Under the pieces are notes generated by a model that did not search any database, was not told the DNA's origin, and was given only the letters and a program-made list of their open reading frames with translations. The position numbers and the translations under genes are program-made. A stretch of 64,000 nt of DNA, from positions 17,298,001-17,362,000 of the forward strand of contig OZ024766.1 in assembly GCA_964016885.1 (NCBI GenBank). Direction: 5' to 3'. The stretch is from Eledone cirrhosa (taxonomy: Eukaryota). Of this stretch, positions 26,314 to 37,930 are shown piece by piece; positions within the stretch are counted from its first letter, which is position 1; each line of letters opens with the position of its first letter.

Positions 26314-29135
26314 ACCAGAACAACCTGCCACCCTCTACACACCATCATAAACTGCGAGCAGGGTACAAATTGTTGTCCTTAAATGCTCGCAGTTTATGCA
26401 ACAAGATACATCTGTTCGAATCCTACGTCAGAAGCATCGACCCTGACTTCATCACAGTCACGGAAACATGGGCACATTCCTTACTCTGTGATGGGGTTTT
26501 CACCATTACTAGGTACAACCTTTTCCGCAAGGACCGCATTAACCGCCGTGGTGGTGGTGTGATGGTCTACGTTCGTTCAAACTTTTTGGTAATTCCTTGC
26601 GTTGATTTGAACGAATCACAGGAAGAAGTTTTTTTCTGTGACATACGTATGACCATGTCAACACTTCTGCTTGGTGTTGTTTATCGCCCCCCAAACTACC
26701 ATCAGGACACACAGCTTTGCGATATCCTCAGAGTTGCTGCCAAGAAAACAGCCACTTATGTGTTTATTGCAGGTGACTTCAATCATCCTGAGATTGATTG
26801 GGAAACCTTTCGTTGGCCACAGGGTGCAAACGATTTCCTTGAACTAGTGCTGGACTCAAACTGGTCACAAGTAGTCACCTCTCCAACAAGAGGTGACAAC
26901 ACTTTGGACCTGATCTTCACCACTACTCCTGAAGTGGTTATCAGTTGTACTACTGAGGAACCTCTAGGCGACTCTGATCATGCTATGATCATTGCCAATC
27001 TGGCACGTGAGGGCAGCAACAAAAACCAGAGCCATCTCCGATCTGCTTGCTTTGATTGGAAGAGGGCGGATTGGAACTTGTACTGCACTGAGCTACAGCG
27101 CCCAAACTGGCATGAGATGTATAACTCTGGAGATGTGAACTCTATACTCCAGAGCATCCTGGACTCAATATGGATAGCGTGTGCAGCATCAGTGCCACGG
27201 AAGCGGAAAAATAACCACCCCAAAAGTGCAATCTGGGAAACTTCAGCGGTCCGACTTGCCAGGAAAGAACGTCGGAACGCTGAACGGGAATATAAACTGC
27301 ATAGATCAGATGCCAACAGAAAAAAGCGGAATAAATCTTCTAACCATCTCAAGCAAGTGACAAAGAAGGCAGTGCTTGAATTTGAACAGTGCATCGCAAC
27401 CAATCCTGACAGTAAGGTGTTCTGGAAATATGTTCATTCAAAGCAGAGACCTCACTCTCCAGTTGGTCCTCTTCGCAATCCCCACACAAGCCAGATCACT
27501 GACGATCCCAAGGAATGCGCAGAACTCATTGCTGAGTGCTATGCAAGTATTTTTACTGTTGAAAACCAGAATGTACCATCTTCACCATCTCTAACATCAA
27601 ATTCTATAACAACTATGGAATTTACACCTGCAATGTTGCGACGTCACCTTAAGAATAAGCGCAACTATGCCTCCCCTGGTCTTGATGGTGTGACATACCT
27701 GCTTCTCAAACGTGGCGGGGATTTCCTTTTGCGCCAGCTTTCTTTTTTCTTTCAATACTGTCTCAGCAATGGTGCTACTCCGGAGCAGTGGAAAACTGCC
27801 AGTGTCATTCCCCTGTTCAAAAAGGGCAACCGCATGTCACCTGTCAACTATCGTCCAGTCAGTCTTACTAGCTGTATGGCCAAACTAATGGAATCCTGTG
27901 TCAGAGAAACACTTTGGAACTTCTGGAGCTCTCACAGCCTCATCCGGCCCTCACAGTTTGGATTTATCCCTAACTCCAGCTGCTGTGATCAGCTTATCGA
28001 GTTCCTTGAGGACATCACCCGGATCACTGACAGCGGCTCATGGGTGGATGTTGTTTACCTTGACTTTGCTAAGGCTTTTAATTCTGTGCCACACAAAAGA
28101 CTTATGGCAAAACTCTCTGCAATGGGTGTGAGGGATGATCTTTTCGACTGGCTGAAATCCTTCATTCTCAGCCGAAAGGAAGTAGTCACGGTTCTAGGAC
28201 AGCATTCTTCACCATATGGGATGTCATCTGGTGTACCACAGGGATCTGTTCTTGGTCCTCTTTTGTTTGTGGCATATATTAATGACATAGATGCCAACTT
28301 ACAGAATGCCACGGTACTAAAATATGCAGATGACATCAAGCTGTACCTTGAAATCAAAAGGACTGATCCTGAAATTTACAACTCTTTCCTACAATCAGAC
28401 CTGGACACAATGCAGCAATGGATCACAGACTGGCAACTGAAGCTGGCTGTGGACAAGTGTACCACCATGCATTTTGGAAGGAAAAATCCAGCGTCCACAT
28501 ACTCCCTCCACAACACTGACATCAAAAAGTCCTCTTGTGAATGTGACCTGGGCATTACTGTCAGCAACGATTTGCGTTGGACAAAGCATGTCTCTAAGAT
28601 TGTCAAGAAGGCCGAGGGTGTCTTGGCATCACTCAGCAAGACCTTTGTTAGCCGCTCTCCAGCCATCTATTTAAAACTGTATACAGCTATGGTGCGACCA
28701 CACTTGGAATTCGCATCATCAGTCTGGAACACCTATCTTGCTCGGAACATTGACCTCCTGGAAACTGTTCAGAGACGTGCAACCAAGCGCATACCCTCCA
28801 TCAGACACCTACCATACTCTGAACGCCTTGCTTCCCTGGGCATGGATTCATTGAAGCTCCGACGTCTGGCAATGGACTTGGTGAATACCCACAAAGTTTT
28901 TAACCATCTCGCCAACTGCAACCCTGAGCGCCTCTTTGATCTCCATGTGTCTAACACACGTGGACATGCCTACAAGATAAGAAAACAGCACAGCTCCCAT
29001 GACTTTCGCAGACATTTTTTCACGCTCAGAGTTGCTGAAGCATGGAACAAACTGCCTGCGTCAATTGTTAGCTGCCGAGACACTGCATCCTTTAAGACGC
29101 TCATGCTTCCCGAAATACGCCAAAACTACACCTGA
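26304..29135 (+). CDS. CR1 ORF2p (APE endonuclease + reverse transcriptase); no upstream AUG, frame open from 26262
   Basis: LNARS, TETW, GVVYRPP, GDFNHP, LDLIF, SDH; NYRPVSL, DFAKAFNSV, GVPQGSVLGPLLF, YADD; no internal stops. Confidence 0.93.
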   Translation, partial: GKLNQNNLPPSTHHHKLRAGYKLLSLNARSLCNKIHLFESYVRSIDPDFITVTETWAHSLLCDGVFTITRYNLFRKDRINRRGGGVMVYVRSNFLVIPCVDLNESQEEVFFCDIRMTMSTLLLGVVYRPPNYHQDTQLCDILRVAAKKTATYVFIAGDFNHPEIDWETFRWPQGANDFLELVLDSNWSQVVTSPTRGDNTLDLIFTTTPEVVISCTTEEPLGDSDHAMIIANLAREGSNKNQSHLRSACFDWKRADWNLYCTELQRPNWHEMYNSGDVNSILQSILDSIWIACAASVPRKRKNNHPKSAIWETSAVRLARKERRNAEREYKLHRSDANRKKRNKSSNHLKQVTKKAVLEFEQCIATNPDSKVFWKYVHSKQRPHSPVGPLRNPHTSQITDDPKECAELIAECYASIFTVENQNVPSSPSLTSNSITTMEFTPAMLRRHLKNKRNYASPGLDGVTYLLLKRGGDFLLRQLSFFFQYCLSNGATPEQWKTASVIPLFKKGNRMSPVNYRPVSLTSCMAKLMESCVRETLWNFWSSHSLIRPSQFGFIPNSSCCDQLIEFLEDITRITDSGSWVDVVYLDFAKAFNSVPHKRLMAKLSAMGVRDDLFDWLKSFILSRKEVVTVLGQHSSPYGMSSGVPQGSVLGPLLFVAYINDIDANLQNATVLKYADDIKLYLEIKRTDPEIYNSFLQSDLDTMQQWITDWQLKLAVDKCTTMHFGRKNPASTYSLHNTDIKKSSCECDLGITVSNDLRWTKHVSKIVKKAEGVLASLSKTFVSRSPAIYLKLYTAMVRPHLEFASSVWNTYLARNIDLLETVQRRATKRIPSIRHLPYSERLASLGMDSLKLRRLAMDLVNTHKVFNHLANCNPERLFDLHVSNTRGHAYKIRKQHSSHDFRRHFFTLRVAEAWNKLPASIVSCRDTASFKTLMLPEIRQNYT

Positions 29136-29582
29136 TGTGCCCCTTCCAAACACATGCACACATGTGTGTATCATGACTCGTGCACTGTTCATTTTACTGA
29201 TGTTTGTGCATTGCCCTATGTACTGTACATGCACTTTTTTGATGGGTTGTGGTGCACCTGGGCACTGTGCACAATATTTCATTATTGTTATTGTTATTAT
29301 ATCATGACTCATACACTGTTTATTTTCCTGACATTTGTACATTATTCTATGTATTATACATGCACCTTTGATGAGTTGTAGTGCACCTGAGCACTGTACA
29401 CAATAATTTCATTATTATTATTATATATATATATGTTATCTTGTGAGTAAATTGTAGTTAGTAGCGGTGATAATGGTTAAGAAATATCCACGATGTAACG
29501 AGGATTACTGCTATGGGAAATTAGATACGTTCCAAAGAAATATCCACGATGTGGCGAGGATTACTGCAATAGGAAATTAGAT

Positions 29583-30031
29583 ACTGTAAAGTGGTCATGT
29601 AGGTGTCACAACAAACAGCACCTAGTCCACACTGTAAAGTGGTCATGTAGGGGTCACAACAAAAAGTACCCAGTCCACACTGTAAAGGGGTCATGTAGGA
29701 GTCACAACAAAAAGTACCCAGTCCACACTGTAAAGTGGTCATGTAGGTGTCACAACAAAAAGTACACAGTCCACACTGTAAAGTGGTCATGTAGTTGTCA
29801 CAACAGAAAGTACCCAGTCCACACTGTAAAGTGGTCATGTAGGTGTCACAACAAAAAGTACCCAGTCCACACTGTAAAGTGGTCATGTAGGTGTCACAAC
29901 AAAAAGTACCCAGTCCACACTGTAAAGTGGTCATGTAGTTGTCACAACAAATAGCACCCAGTCCACACTGTAAAGTGGTCATGTAGGTGTCACAACAAAT
30001 AGCACCCAGTCCACACTGTAAAGTGGTCATG
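29583..30031. repeat. 48-bp minisatellite block; further blocks at ~32209-34905, 36646-37766, 39632-41136, 43013-44133, 45928-47240, 49323-51163, 53072-53951, 55663-57646, 59376-60351, 62308-64000
   Basis: Same monomer as 15347-22806; each complete block ends ~40 bp from an exon donor site. Confidence 0.95.
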
Positions 30032-30072
30032 ATGGTGACAATGATGACATTAGTGATGATAAAGTTACTTAC

Positions 30073-30195
30073 CTACGCAAGTCCTTTCATTTAATATAAA
30101 GCCATTAGAGCAGTCACAACCATAACTCCCTGGTAGGTTGTAACAGCTACCATAGGGTTTACAAAGACTGGAGTCCTGTTTACATTCATCAATAT
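30073..30195 (-). CDS. cbEGF exon: [41 protein letters not shown]
   Basis: CAG acceptor, AG|GTAAGT donor, 123 nt, phase 1-1. Confidence 0.92.
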
Positions 30196-31712
30196 CTGGA
30201 GTTTGACAGAGAGAAAAGAGGTTGGTTGATGAGATTGTTTTTCTTTTTTTTCTTTCTTTGTTCCCTTTCCTATATATTTGTTTCTGTTTTCGTTCTTTTT
30301 ATTTATTTGTGTGTTTACTGATTCACTTTTTTAAAACATATTATATATTTTATTAACCATTTAGCATTTACATTACTCTATATATACTATTGTATTGTCA
30401 CAGTAAAGGCTTTACCTCACATAATATCTCACATAACATTTATATTACTCTATATATACTATTGTATTGTCACAGTAAAGGCTTTACCTCACATAATACC
30501 TCACATAACATTTACATTACTCTATATATACTATTGTATTGTCACAGTAAAGGCTTTACCTCACATAATATCTCACATAACATTTACATTACTCTATATA
30601 TACTATTATATTGTCACAGTAAAGGCTTTACCTCACATACCTCACATAACATCTACATTACTCTATATATACTATTGTATTGTCACAGTAAAGGCTTTAC
30701 CTCACATAATATCTCACATAACATTTACATTACTCTATATATACTATTGTATTGTCACAATAAAGGCTTTACCTCACATAATATCTCACATAACATTTAC
30801 ATTACTCTATATATACTATTGTATTTTCACAGTAAAGGCTTTACCTCACATAATATCTCACATAACATTTATATTACTCTATATATACTATTGTATTGTC
30901 ACAGTAAAGGCTTTACCTCACATAATATCTCACATAACATTTATATTACTCTATATATACTATTGTATTGTCACAGTAAAGGCTTTACCTCACATAATAT
31001 CTCACATAACATTTACATTACTCTATATATACTATTGTATTGTCACAGTAAAGGCTTTATCTCACATAATATCTCACATAACATTTATATTACTCTATAT
31101 ATACTATTGTATTGTCACAGTAAAGGCTTTACCTCACATAATATCTCACATAACCTTTACATTACTCTATATATACTATTGTATCGTCACAGTAAAGGCT
31201 TTACCTTACATAACATTTATATTACTCTATATATACTATTGTATTGTCACAGTAAAGGCTTTACCTCACATAATATCTCACATAACATTTACATTACTCT
31301 ATATATACTATTGTATTGTCACAGTAAAGGCTTTACCTCACATAATATCTCACATAACATTTATATTACTCTATATATACTATTGTATTGTCACAGTAAA
31401 GGCTTTACCTCACATAATATCTCACATAACATTTATATTACTCTATATATACTATTGTATTTTCACAGTAAAGGCTTTACCTCACATAATATCTCACATA
31501 ACATTTACATTACTCTATATATACTATTGTATTGTCACAGTAAAGGCCTTACCTCACATAATATCTCACATAACATTTACATTATTCTATATATACTATT
31601 GTATTTTCACAGTAAAGGCTTTACCTCACATAATATCTCACATAGCATTTACATTATTCTATATATACTATTAAAACCCACAAGCAGGTAATACATACAT
31701 CTCTGTCTCTCT

Positions 31713-31756
<44 letters not shown>

Positions 31757-34700
31757 ACGAGTAGGACCCCGACGGCAGAGCTCAAGCCATTTCGACGGCT
31801 ATTTCTGGACTGAATTAGTCCAGAATTAGTCGTTGAAATGGCTTCAGCTCTGCTGTCAGGGTCATACTTGTTCCTATTACCCATTCTACTACCTTAAGTA
31901 TTGAGTACTTTGGTGCGTTATGGTCCATTTGGTTCCTTACCACATTTCCTTCGTTATATATATATATGTATATATATACATACACACATACATACAGGAT
32001 GTCTCCCTAAGATGGATACACTTTTTATGAGAATGCTGTTGAAGTGTGCATGTATTTTTGGGGGACATCCTTGCATATATACACATACATGCATATATAT
32101 ATATATATATATATATGTTATCTTGTGAGTAAATTGTAGTTAGTAGCGGTGATAATGGTTAAGAAATATCCGCGATGTGGCGAGGATTACTGCTATAGGA
32201 AATTAGATACTGTAAAGTGGTCATGTAGGTGTCACAACAAACAGCACCCAGTCCACACTGTAAAGTGGTCATGTAGGTGTCACAACAAAAAGCACCCAGC
32301 CACACTGTAAAGTGGTCATGTAGGTGTCATGACATAAAGTACACAGTCCACACTGTAAAGTGGTCATGTAGGTGTCACAACAAAAGGTGCCCAGTCCACA
32401 CTGTAAAGTGGTTGTGTAGGTGTCACAACAAAAAGTACGCAGTCCACTCTGTAAAGTGGTCATGTAGGTGTCACAACAAAAAGTACCCAGTCCACACTGT
32501 AAAGTGGTCATGTAGGTGTCACAACAAAAAGTACCCAGTCCACACTGTAAAGTGGTCATGTAGGTGTCACAACAAAAAGCACCCAGCCACACTGTAAAGT
32601 GGTCATGTAGGTGTCATGACATAAAGTACCCAGTCCACACTGTAAAGTGGTCATGTAGGTGTCACAACAAAAGGTGCCCAGTCCACACTGTAAAGTGGTT
32701 GTGTAGGTTTCACAACAAAAAGTACCCAGTCCACTCTGTAAAGTGGTCATGTAGGTGTCACAACAAAAAGTACCCAGTCCACACTGTAAAGTGGTCATGT
32801 AGGTGTCACAACAAAAAGTACCCAGTCCACACTGTAAAGTGTTCATGTAGGTGTCACAACAAAAAGTACCCAGTCCACACTGTAAAGTGGTCATGTAGGT
32901 GTCACATCAAAAAGCACCCAGCCACACTGTAAAGTGGTCATGTAGGTGTCACAACAAAAGGTGCCCAGTCCACACTGTAAAGTGGTCATGTAGGTGTCAC
33001 AACAAAAAGTACCCAGTCCACACTGTAAAGTGGTCATGTAGGTGTCACAACAAAAAGCACCCAGCCACACTGTAAAGTGGTCATGTAGGTGTCACAACAA
33101 AAGGTGCCCAGTCCACACTGTAAAGTGGTCATGTAGGTGTCACAACAAAAAGCAGCCAGTCCACACTGTAAAGTGGTCATGTAGGTGTCACAACAAAAAG
33201 CACCCAGCCACACTGTAAAGTGGTCATGTAGGTGTCACAACAAAAAGCACCCAGTCCACACTGTAAAGTGTTCATGTAGGTGTCACAACAAAAAGTACCC
33301 AGTCCACACTGTAAAGTGGTCATGTAGGTGTCACAACAAAAAGCACCCAGCCACACTGTAAAGTGGTCATGTAGGTGTCACAACAAAAAGTACCCAGTCC
33401 ACACTGTAAAGTGGTCATGTAGGTGTCACAACAAAAAGTACCCAGTCCACACTGTAAAGTGGTTGTGTAGGTGTCACAACAAAAAGTACCCAGTCCACAC
33501 TGTAAAGTGATCATGTATGTGTCACAACAAATAGCACCCAGCCCACACTGTAAAGTGGTTGTGTAGGTGTCACAACAAAAGGTACTCAGTCCACACTGTA
33601 AAGTGGTCATGTAGGTGTCACAACAAAAGGTACTCAGTTCAGACTGTAAAGTGGTCATGTAGGTGTCACAACAAAAAGCACCCAGTCCACACTGTAAAGT
33701 GGTCATGTAGGTGTCACAACAAAAAGTACCCAGTCCACACTGTAAAGTTGTCATGTAGGTGTCACAACAAAAAGTACCCACCACACTGTAAAGTGGTCAT
33801 GTAGGTCTCACAACAAAAAGTACCCAGCCCACACTGTAAAGTGGTCATGTAGGTGTCACAACAAAAAGCACCCAGTCCACACTGTAAAGTGGTCATGTAG
33901 GTGTCACAACAAAAAGTACCCAGTCCACACTGTAAAGTGGTCATGTAGGTCTCACAACAAAAAGTACCCAGCCCACACTGTAAAGTGGTCATGTAGGTGA
34001 CACAACAAACAGCACCCAGTCCACACTGTAAAGTGGTTGTGTAGGTGTCACAACAAAAAGTACCCAGTCCACAATGTAAAGTGATCATGTATGTGTCACA
34101 ACAAATAGCACCCAGCCCACGCTGTAAAGTGGTTGTGTAGGTGTCACAACAAAAGGTACTCAGTCCACACTGTAAAGTGGTCATGTAGGTGTCACAACAA
34201 AAGGTACTCAGTTCAGACTGTAAAGTGGTCATGTAGGTGTCACAACAAAAAGCACCCAGTCCACACTGTAAAGTGGTCATGTAGGTGTCACAACAAAAAG
34301 TACCGAGTCCACACTGTAAAGTTGTCATGTAGGTGTCACAACAAAAAGTACCCAGTCCACACTGTAAAGTGGTCATGTAGGTCTCACAACAAAAAGTACC
34401 CAGCCCACACTGTAAAGTAGTCATGTAGGTGTCACAACAAAAAGCACCCAGTCCACACTGTAAAGTGGTCATGTAGGTGTCACAACAAAAAGTACCCAGT
34501 CCACACTGTAAAGTGGTCATGTAGGTGTCACAACAAAAAGTACCCAGTCCACACTGTAAAGTGGTCATGTAGGTGTCACAACAAAAAGTACCCAGCCCAC
34601 ACTGTAAAGTGGTCATGTAGGTGTCACAACAGAAAGTACCCAGTCCACTCTGTAAAGTGGTCATGTAAGTGTCACAACAAAAAGTACACAGCCCACACTG

Positions 34701-34946
34701 TAAAGTGGTCATGTAGGGGTCACAACAAAAGGTACCCAGCCCACACTGTAAAGTGGTCATGTAGGTGTCATGACAAAAAGTACCCAGTCCACACTGTAAA
34801 GTGGTCATGTAGGTGTCACAACAAAAAGTACCCAGTCCACACTGTAAAGTGGTCATGTAGGTGTCACAACAAAAGGTACCCAGTCCACACTGTAAAGTGG
34901 TCATGATGGTGACAATGATGACATTAGTGATGATAAAGTTACTTAC

Positions 34947-35069
34947 CTACACAAGTCCTATCATTTAATATAAAGCCAGCATTGCAGTCACAACGATAAC
35001 TCCCTGGTAGGTTGTAACAGCTACCATAGGGTTTACAAAGTCTGGTGTCCTGTTTACATTCATCAATAT
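34947..35069 (-). CDS. cbEGF exon: [41 protein letters not shown]
   Basis: CAG acceptor, AG|GTAAGT donor, 123 nt, phase 1-1. Confidence 0.92.
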
Positions 35070-37807
35070 CTGGAGTTTGACAGAGAGAAAAGAGGTTGGT
35101 TGATGAGATTGTTTTTCTTTTTTTTCTTTCTTTGTTCCCTTTCCTATATATTTGTTTCTGTTTTCGTACTTTTTATTTATTTGTGTGTTTACTGATTCAC
35201 TTTTTTAAAACATATTATATATTTTATTAACCATTTAGCATTTACATTACTCTATATATACTATTGTATTGTCACAGTAAAGGCTTTACCTCACATAATA
35301 TCTCACATAACATTTATATTACTCTATATATACTATTGTATTGTCACAGTAAAGGCTTTACCTCACATAATATCTCACATAACATTTATATTACTCTATA
35401 TATACTATTGTATTGTCACAGTAAAGGCTTTACCTCACATAATATCTCACATAACATTTACATTACTCTATATATACTATTGTATTGTCACAGTAAAGGC
35501 TTTACCTCACATAATATCTCACATAACATTTATATTACTCTATATATACTATTGTATTGTCACAGTAAAGGCTTTACCTCACATAATATCTCACATAACA
35601 TTTATATTACTCTATATATACTATTGTATTGTCACAGTAAAGGCTTTACCTCACATAATATCTCACATAACATTTACATTACTCTATATATACTATTGTA
35701 TTGTCACAGTAAAGGCTTTACCTCACATAATATCTCACATAACATTTATATTACTCTATATATACTATTGTATTGTCACAGTAAAGGCTTTACCTCACAT
35801 AATATCTGACATAACATTTACATTACTCTATATATACTATTGTATTGTCACAGTAAAGGCTTTACCTCACATAATATCTCACATAACATTTATATTACTC
35901 TATATATACTATTGTATTGTCACAGTAAAGGCTTTACCTCACATAATATCTCACATAACATTTATATTACTCTATATATACTATTGTATTGTCACAGTAA
36001 AGGCTTTACCTCACATAATATCTCACATAACATTTACATTATTCTATATATACTATTGTATTTTCACAGTAAAGGCTTTACCTCACATAATATCTCACAT
36101 AGCATTTACATTACTCTATATATACTATTAAAACCCACAAGCAGGTAATACATACATCTCTGTCTCTCTCCATATATATATATATATATATATAGGGACG
36201 AGTAGGACCCCGACGGCAGAGCTCAAGCCATTTCGACGGCTATTTCTGGACTGAATTAGTCCAGAATTAGTCGTTGAAATGGCTTGAGCTCTGCCGTCGG
36301 GGTCATACTTGTTCCTATTACCCATTCTACTACCTTAAGTATTGAGTACTTTGGTGCGTTATGGTCCATTTGGTTCCTTACCACATTTCCTTTGTTATAT
36401 ATATATACGTATATATATACATACACACATACATACAGGATGTCTCCCTAAAATGGATACACTTTTTATGAGAATGCTGTTGAAGTGTGCATGCATTTTT
36501 GGGGGACATCCTTGCATATATACACATACATGCATATATATATATATATATATGTTATCTTGTGAGTAAATTGTAGTTAGTAGCGGTGATAATGGTTAAG
36601 AAATATCCGCGATGTGGCGAGGATTACTGCTATAGGAAATTAGATACTGTAAAGTGGTCATGTAGGTATCACAACAAACAGCACCCAGACCACACTGTAA
36701 AGTGGTCATGTAGGTGTCACAACAAAAAGTACCCAGTCCACACTGTAAAGTGGTCATGTAGGTGTCACAACAAAAAGTACCCAGTCCACACTGTAAAGTT
36801 GTCATGTAGGTGTCACAACAAAAAGTACCCAGTCCACACTGTAAAGTGGTCATGTAGGTGTCACAACAAAAAGTACCCAGCCCACACTGTAAAGTGGTCA
36901 TGTAGGTGTCACAACAAAAGGTACCCAGTCCACTCTGTAAAGTGGTCATGTAGGTGTCACAACAAAAAGTACCCAGTCCACTCTGTAAAGTGGTCATGTA
37001 GGTATCACAACAAAAAGTACACAGCCCACACTGTAAAGTGGTCATGTAGGGGTCACAACAAAAAGTACCCAGTCCACTTTGTAAAGTGGTCATGTAGGTG
37101 TCACAACAAAAATTACCCAGTCCACACTGTAAAGTGGTCATGTAGGTGTCACAACAAATAGCACCCAGTCCACACTGTAAAGTGGTTGTGTAGGTGTCAC
37201 AACAAAAAGTACCCAGTCCACACTGTAAAGTGGTCATGTAGGTGTCACAACAAAAGGTACTCAGTCCAGACTGTAAAGTGGTCATGTAGGTGTCACAACA
37301 AAAAGCACCCAGTCCACACTGTAAAGTGGTCATGTAGGTGTCACAACAAAAAGTACCCAGTCCACAATGTAAAGTGGTCATGTAGGTGTCACAACAAAAA
37401 GTACCCAGTCCACAATGTAAAGTGGTCATGTAGGTGTCACAACAAAAAGTACCCAGTCCACACTGTAAAGTGGTCATGTATGTGTCACAACAAAAAGTAC
37501 CCAGCCCACACTGTAAAGTGGTCATGTAGGTGTCACAACAGAAAGTACCCAGTCCACTTTGTAAAGTGGTCATGTAGGTGTCACAACAAAAAGTACCCAG
37601 TCCACACTGTAAAGTGGTCATGTAGGTGTCACAACAAATAGCACCCAGTCCACACTGTAAAGTGGTCATGTAGGTGTCACAACAAAAGGTACTCAGTCCA
37701 CACTGTAAAGTGGTCATGTAGGTGTCACAACAAATAGTACCCAGTCCACACTGTAAAGTGGTCATGATGGTGACAATGATGACATTAGTGATGATAAAGT
37801 TACTTAC

Positions 37808-37930
37808 CAATGCAAGTCCCTCCATAGAATATAAAGCCAGTATGGCAGTCACAACCATAAGCCCCTGGTATGTTGAAACAGATACCATTCGGTGTACAAA
37901 CATTGGAATCCTGTTTACATTCATCAACAT
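37808..37930 (-). CDS. cbEGF exon: [41 protein letters not shown]
   Basis: CAG acceptor, G|GTAAGT donor; identical to 44175-44297. Confidence 0.92.

Larger units (their letters stand above)
24960..29423 (+). mobile_element. Apparently full-length, intact CR1-clade LINE (5' boundary uncertain)
   Basis: ORF1 with PHD-like finger, ORF2 with APE endonuclease and RT, CR1-type C-terminus TRGHAYKI...RRHFFTLRVAEAWNKLP, (ATT)n tail; interrupts the (TA)n tract of one cassette. Confidence 0.93.

Noticed and set aside
26978-28957. Short antisense or alternate-frame ORFs inside the LINEs (also 108-392 and 13797-14942)
   Set aside because: Shadow ORFs of the RT-coding frames with no recognisable motifs.
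37765-37930. ORF-track frame [17 protein letters not shown]... over the exon (also at 44297)
   Set aside because: Wrong frame: the ATG is the first three bases after the acceptor. The phase-1 frame gives the conserved six-Cys cbEGF in all 11 copies.
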